63,399 nt of DNA from Bacteroidota bacterium (lineage in GTDB: Bacteria > Bacteroidota > Bacteroidia > Bacteroidales > Paludibacteraceae). Under the pieces are notes generated by a model. The model saw only the letters and a program-made list of their open reading frames with translations. It was not told the DNA's origin and searched no databases. Location: NCBI GenBank assembly GCA_041814825.1, contig JBGXXV010000080.1, positions 1-63,399 on the forward strand. The letters are read 5' to 3'. Below are positions 60,666 to 63,399 of the stretch, piece after piece; positions within the stretch are counted from its first letter, which is position 1, and every line of letters starts with the position of its first letter. A program made the translations under genes and the position numbers.

Positions 60666-61400
60666 TTATATAAAAACATTAGAAATCGCTTTAAGTTGCT
60701 CAACTTTGCCCACATCGGTTACCTGCAAATCGGACTGTTGGTAGGCTACAATCCGCTCCGTATCGCAAACAGAGAGGTAAAAATCGGTTATAGAGAAAGG
60801 CTCTGTTCGCTTCTGCATAAGTGAGAATATACGAGGCGAAATCACGTGCATTCCGTTGAATGCCAATAGAGTATGCTGTCTTTCATCAAAATCGGCAAAA
60901 GGCGTTCTCAACTCGTTGGTTTTGACGTTTTTCCAACCCGCCAAGTGGTTGTTTTTATCAAAAAGCAGATAACGACTTGTTTTTCTATCACTTACCAATA
61001 GAGTGGCAAGATTTTCTTCTCGATGTATAGCATAAAATTTGCCTATGTCAAGATTTGAAATAATATCTACGTTATAGGCAAGAAACGGCTCATCGCCAAG
61101 TAATTGTTCGGCAAACTTGATACCTCCGCCAGTATCTAACAGTTGCTCTTTTTCGTGTGATATATAGATGTCGGCATCGAAATGGTTTTTATTCACAAAA
61201 TCGAATATTTGTTCGGCAAAATGGTGTGCATTGATTACAATTCGGTCGAATTCGGCATTTTGCAATCGTTCTATAGCTATCTGCAACAGCGTTTTATCTC
61301 CGATAGTTACCAATGCCTTAGGCTTATCGTCGGTAAGCGGGCGAAGGCGAGTCCCAAGCCCTGCTGCAAATATAAGGGCGGTTCGTTTAGTATAACTCAT
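60666..61400 (-). CDS. Sugar-phosphate nucleotidyltransferase (MurU-like)
   Basis: ALIFAAGLGTRLRPLT..PKAL, LLDTGGG and NVDI motifs. Confidence 0.88.
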   Translation of the reverse strand: MSYTKRTALIFAAGLGTRLRPLTDDKPKALVTIGDKTLLQIAIERLQNAEFDRIVINAHHFAEQIFDFVNKNHFDADIYISHEKEQLLDTGGGIKFAEQLLGDEPFLAYNVDIISNLDIGKFYAIHREENLATLLVSDRKTSRYLLFDKNNHLAGWKNVKTNELRTPFADFDERQHTLLAFNGMHVISPRIFSLMQKRTEPFSITDFYLSVCDTERIVAYQQSDLQVTDVGKVEQLKAISNVFI

Positions 61401-62802
61401 TATGTTTCAATTTTATCTCTACCTCAAAATCTTTAAGATATTCCGCCAAACTTTCAGCACAAAACACCGAACGGTGCTGTCCGCCGGTGCAACCGAAAAA
61501 TACCGACAGGTGAGTAAAACCGCGTTTGGAATAGACCTCTATATGTTTGGTTACTATCGAATAAACGTTGGCAAGAAACTCTTGGACCTCGCCTCCGGCA
61601 AGCAAAAAATCTTTTACAGCCTTGTCTCTGCCTGTAAGGTATCTGTATTCGGGGTATCTACCCGGATTGTGGATATAACGGCAGTCAAAGACATAACCTC
61701 CGCCATTGCCCGAATAGTCAATCGGAATGCCTCCTTTTTTGTACGAAAAACTCTCAATCCGCACTTGCAAACGTGTCGGATGGTTGGTGTTTCGGGGAGA
61801 GTCGGCGCTCATTAGCTCTTTAATACGCTCATCATCGCACAAGTCATTAATAAAAGGCAAATCTATCCACGCCATCGACTCTTTTAAACCCCTCAATGCC
61901 AATGGGATAGACTCTATAAAATGGGGCTTCTTCTCAATCAATCCCCTAAAACCATAAGCACCAAGAACTTGCAGTTGGCGAAATAATACAAAATATTTCA
62001 ACCTCTCCATAAAATCGGTTTTAGATATGGTTATATATCGTTGCAGTCGCTCCAAGTAGGTGTCAATTAGTTCGTTACGTACTTGTTTCGAGAAATTAGC
62101 CTTAGCCTGCCACAAAAACGATGCAACATCGTAGTAGAACGACCCTTTTCGCCCACCCTGAAAGTCGATAAAATATGGAGTATCGTCCTTTATCATAACA
62201 TTACGACTCTGAAAATCGCGATACATAAAAACCTCTTCGTCAGGATTTTGCAAAATTATCTTTGCCAAAGTTTCAAAATCTTTATCAAGAGCAATCTCGT
62301 CAAACTCAACCCCAACAGTTTTTAGAAAACAATATTTGAAGTAATTGAGGTCAAACCACACATTACGACTATCGAGCCTTGGCTGAGGGTAGCATATCGA
62401 ATAGTCGAGCCTCTTATCTACCCCAAACTGAATATCAGGCAGATATGCAATAGTTTTATGCAACAAAGCCAACTCTTGCGAACCGAACGAGCCACTATTT
62501 CGCCCCTGTGCAATGGCATCGAACAAGGTATTATCGGCAAGGTCGGTCTGTATGTACGACAGAGCATCATCACTGATTGCCAATACATTAGGAGCGGGTA
62601 TATCTACCTCGGCAAAAGCCTGTGATATTGCCACAAACGCCCTATTCTCGTCTGCCGACGTACCCATAACCCCTATTAGTGAAAGGCTGTCATCGCCTGT
62701 TAAACGATAATACCGTCTATTACTTCCCGATTGAGTCAGTGGCGTAATTCGGCACTCTTTCTTACCCGTATATTTCTGATAAAGAGACTGTAACGACTGC
62801 AT
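61387..62802 (-). CDS. APH-fold sugar kinase (AmgK-like) fused to a RapZ C-terminal-like domain
   Basis: GSNRRYYR, YRDFQSRN, IDFQG and LQVLGAYG motifs; C-terminal SFSYKK..FDCR..NPG..GCTGGQHRSV. Confidence 0.85.
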   Translation of the reverse strand: MQSLQSLYQKYTGKKECRITPLTQSGSNRRYYRLTGDDSLSLIGVMGTSADENRAFVAISQAFAEVDIPAPNVLAISDDALSYIQTDLADNTLFDAIAQGRNSGSFGSQELALLHKTIAYLPDIQFGVDKRLDYSICYPQPRLDSRNVWFDLNYFKYCFLKTVGVEFDEIALDKDFETLAKIILQNPDEEVFMYRDFQSRNVMIKDDTPYFIDFQGGRKGSFYYDVASFLWQAKANFSKQVRNELIDTYLERLQRYITISKTDFMERLKYFVLFRQLQVLGAYGFRGLIEKKPHFIESIPLALRGLKESMAWIDLPFINDLCDDERIKELMSADSPRNTNHPTRLQVRIESFSYKKGGIPIDYSGNGGGYVFDCRYIHNPGRYPEYRYLTGRDKAVKDFLLAGGEVQEFLANVYSIVTKHIEVYSKRGFTHLSVFFGCTGGQHRSVFCAESLAEYLKDFEVEIKLKHNELY

Positions 62803-62920
62803 CTTGGTAGTTCTGAGTTAATAATTTTCGAACTTGTTTGTAGTTTGGCAAAATTAGCAATAAAATCTTAGAAAATCATGGTTATATTCATTTTAAACTC
62901 AACTTAATTACAACATCAAA

Positions 62921-62950
62921 AAAAGGGCTACCTTTTCGGAAGCCCTTTTA
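62921..62950 (-). terminator. Terminator after etfA
   Basis: AAAGGGCT/AGCCCTTT inverted repeat preceded by an A run. Confidence 0.65.
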
Positions 62951-62953
62951 AAT

Positions 62954-63399
62954 TCAAAACTTTTTAAGGTTTTTTATTTTTTCGTTGAGCAACGGTACTA
63001 TTTGATGAAGGTCGCCCACTATGCCTACGTCTGCAACGCTGAATATGGGAGCATATTTGTCGCGGTTGATAGCGATGATATAGTCGCTCTCTTCCATACC
63101 TGCCAAGTGTTGAATGGCTCCCGATATACCGCAAGCAACATACAGCTCGGGACGAACCGTTTTGCCGGTTTGTCCTACCTGAGCACAATGTTCTATTACT
63201 CCGGCATCGACCATTGCACGAGAAGCTGCTATCTCTCCGCCAAGAGTTTGAGCCAATGCTTTCAACTTATCGAACCCTTCGGCATTGGCAACACCACGCC
63301 CTCCGGCAATCAAAATTTTAGCCTCAGCAATATCGGCAACGCATTTGCACTCTTTTACCTCCTCTACTATACGTACACGTTTTATTTTTTCCTCATCGA
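62954..63399 (-). CDS. etfA: Electron transfer flavoprotein alpha subunit, C-terminal part (5' end outside window)
   Basis: [37 protein letters not shown] and AINRD..APIF motifs; frame open to the window edge. Confidence 0.95.
   Translation of the reverse strand, partial: DEEKIKRVRIVEEVKECKCVADIAEAKILIAGGRGVANAEGFDKLKALAQTLGGEIAASRAMVDAGVIEHCAQVGQTGKTVRPELYVACGISGAIQHLAGMEESDYIIAINRDKYAPIFSVADVGIVGDLHQIVPLLNEKIKNLKKF

Overview
AT-rich chromosomal window from a Bacteroidales-like bacterium (TAnnTTTG -7 promoter elements ahead of most genes, gldH, DUF4625/DUF1573/DUF349-type proteins). It is mostly housekeeping: ahpC, degP, murD, dprA, queG, yidD, rnpA, folP, gdhA, nnr, tsf, rpsB, infA, map, rpsJ, hpf, recA, rplS, dnaG, ribBA, pruA, rplY, partial etfA and five tRNAs (Lys, Gly, Leu, Phe, Arg). 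I saw no integrase, transposase, CRISPR array, phage or rRNA gene. Main non-routine observations: (1) a ~7.5-kb TetR/TolC/HlyD/ABC-2 efflux cluster bracketed by an imperfect ~155-bp direct repeat of the pruA 3' end plus terminator, i.e. an island with no integrase, which also holds an unannotated frameshifted winged-helix gene and repeated candidate TetR operators; (2) widespread break-up of normally conserved operons (solitary rpsJ, map-infA, rpsB-tsf, murD, rplY, ahpC), each with its own promoter; (3) a gldH-lipoprotein-tandem barrel/TSP3/OmpA envelope operon; (4) queG running 165 bp antisense into yidD; (5) candidate cis-elements (Fur-family palindrome, r-protein leaders). Family names come from motif recognition by eye, not from database searches.
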